A stretch of DNA of 35,167 nucleotides from Chiloscyllium plagiosum (Eukaryota). Made by a program: the position numbers and the translations under genes. The notes under the pieces are model-generated. The model searched no databases. It was not told where the DNA came from and saw nothing but the letters and a program-made list of their open reading frames with translations. This document shows positions 34,473-35,167 of this stretch, piece after piece. Positions within the stretch are counted from its first letter, which is position 1; each line of letters begins with the position of its first letter. Location of the stretch: positions 56,366,554 through 56,401,720 of the forward strand of contig NC_057717.1 of assembly GCF_004010195.1 (NCBI RefSeq), read 5' to 3'.

Positions 34473-34784
34473 CCTGGTGTGCGGTGATGTTTTTACTTTG
34501 AGTGTTCTCTCCATGAGTGACCTGGCAGGTATAGACTGTGCTGTTGAACCATTCACTATAACGGACCATCAGGCGACTCGTCACCGAGAAGTTCCCGCTC
34601 GCCTCACACACGGGAGACGTGATGAAGCCAGAATCCAAAGGTCGGCCATTTTTCAACCAACTCACGGAGATTGACTTTGGATGAAAATCGATGATTGAAC
34701 AGACGAGAGTTGCAAACTTGCTGTTTGCGATTTCTTCATTGGGACTCACAGTTAGGAGAAGAGTTGGAGGGAGAACATCTCGAC
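34473..34784 (-). CDS. IGHM: IgM Cmu2 exon (312 bp), open reading frame
   Basis: Acceptor tttcctaaag|GT CGA GAT; [46 protein letters not shown]...[19 protein letters not shown]...[27 protein letters not shown]|gtaaga. Both canonical Cys and the Trp are intact. Confidence 0.93.
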
Positions 34785-34793
34785 CTTTAGGAA

Positions 34794-34852
<59 letters not shown>
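34794..34852. repeat. Compound microsatellite about (AC)11(AT)18 abutting the Cmu2 splice acceptor
   Basis: Visible directly. Confidence 0.95.
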
Positions 34853-34859
<7 letters not shown>

Positions 34860-35167
34860 TATATTATTTGACGAATTTAATAACAAATGCAATCAGTTCT
34901 TATATATCATATTAACCCCGATATTACCAGAATAATAATTGTGCAGGGTGCTAGAGAAGCTGAGATCCACACAGAAAGATCAGCAGGACAATGTGAAGGG
35001 CTAAAATTAGAGGACACTGCAAGGGAATCTAGGAGGCATAGAAATGATAGGCTGGTTAAATTAGAAGGGAGGTAACAACTTTTGATGGTATTCGTTTTAA
35101 TGAAAGAGTTTGATGAACAAGGCGGATGAATTAACGGCGTAAACGAGGAAATGATGCAGTTGCTCTC

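Larger units (their letters stand above)
27983..34784 (-). pseudogene. IGHM: Cartilaginous-fish IgM heavy-chain constant region (Cmu2-Cmu3-Cmu4-secretory tail-TM1-TM2), probable pseudogene; 5' part outside window
   Basis: Three C1-set Ig exons with phase-1 GT-AG boundaries that closely resemble shark mu chains (e.g. '[21 protein letters not shown]', '[17 protein letters not shown]'), plus a tailpiece and TM exons. Inactivating lesions are present in Cmu3, Cmu4 and the tail. Confidence 0.9.

Noticed and set aside
27983-34784. Assignment as IgNAR, IgW or IgM1gj
   Set aside because: The domain sequences, tailpiece and TM match conventional shark mu as I recall it, and Cmu2 is present, which IgM1gj lacks.

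Overview
Eukaryotic draft-assembly DNA with four N gaps (3333-3343, 7189-7688, 10364-10493, 18371-18852). It comes from a cartilaginous fish, most likely a shark; a carpet/bamboo-shark-like species is my inference from the Ig sequence and repeat families. The right end (27983-34784, minus strand) holds the 3' half of an IgM heavy-chain cluster: Cmu2, Cmu3, Cmu4, the secretory tailpiece, TM1 and TM2. V-D-D-J and Cmu1 would lie beyond position 35167. Cmu3 has a frameshifting internal deletion, Cmu4 has a nonsense codon just before the membrane splice donor, and the tailpiece has a 2-bp deletion and has lost its N-glycosylation sequon. The canonical secreted and membrane mu chains are therefore broken, making this a probable pseudogene. 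Cmu2, TM1 and TM2 remain open and phase-compatible, so a short Cmu2-to-TM membrane form is possible. The remaining ~27 kb is mostly retroelement debris: a decayed full-length L1 with TSD and YY1-type 5' end, CR1/HER1 fragments, HE1 V-SINEs, and Penelope-like elements (PLEs), three of which carry minimal hammerhead ribozyme cores. One of these is a ~130-bp TSD-flanked unit in sense orientation in the IgM secretory-to-membrane intron. A perfect 41x12-bp array is probably an assembly artefact. I found no evidence for a wholly new system; the best leads are the exon-skipping rescue hypothesis and the intronic ribozyme. Family assignments come from recalled motifs, not database searches.
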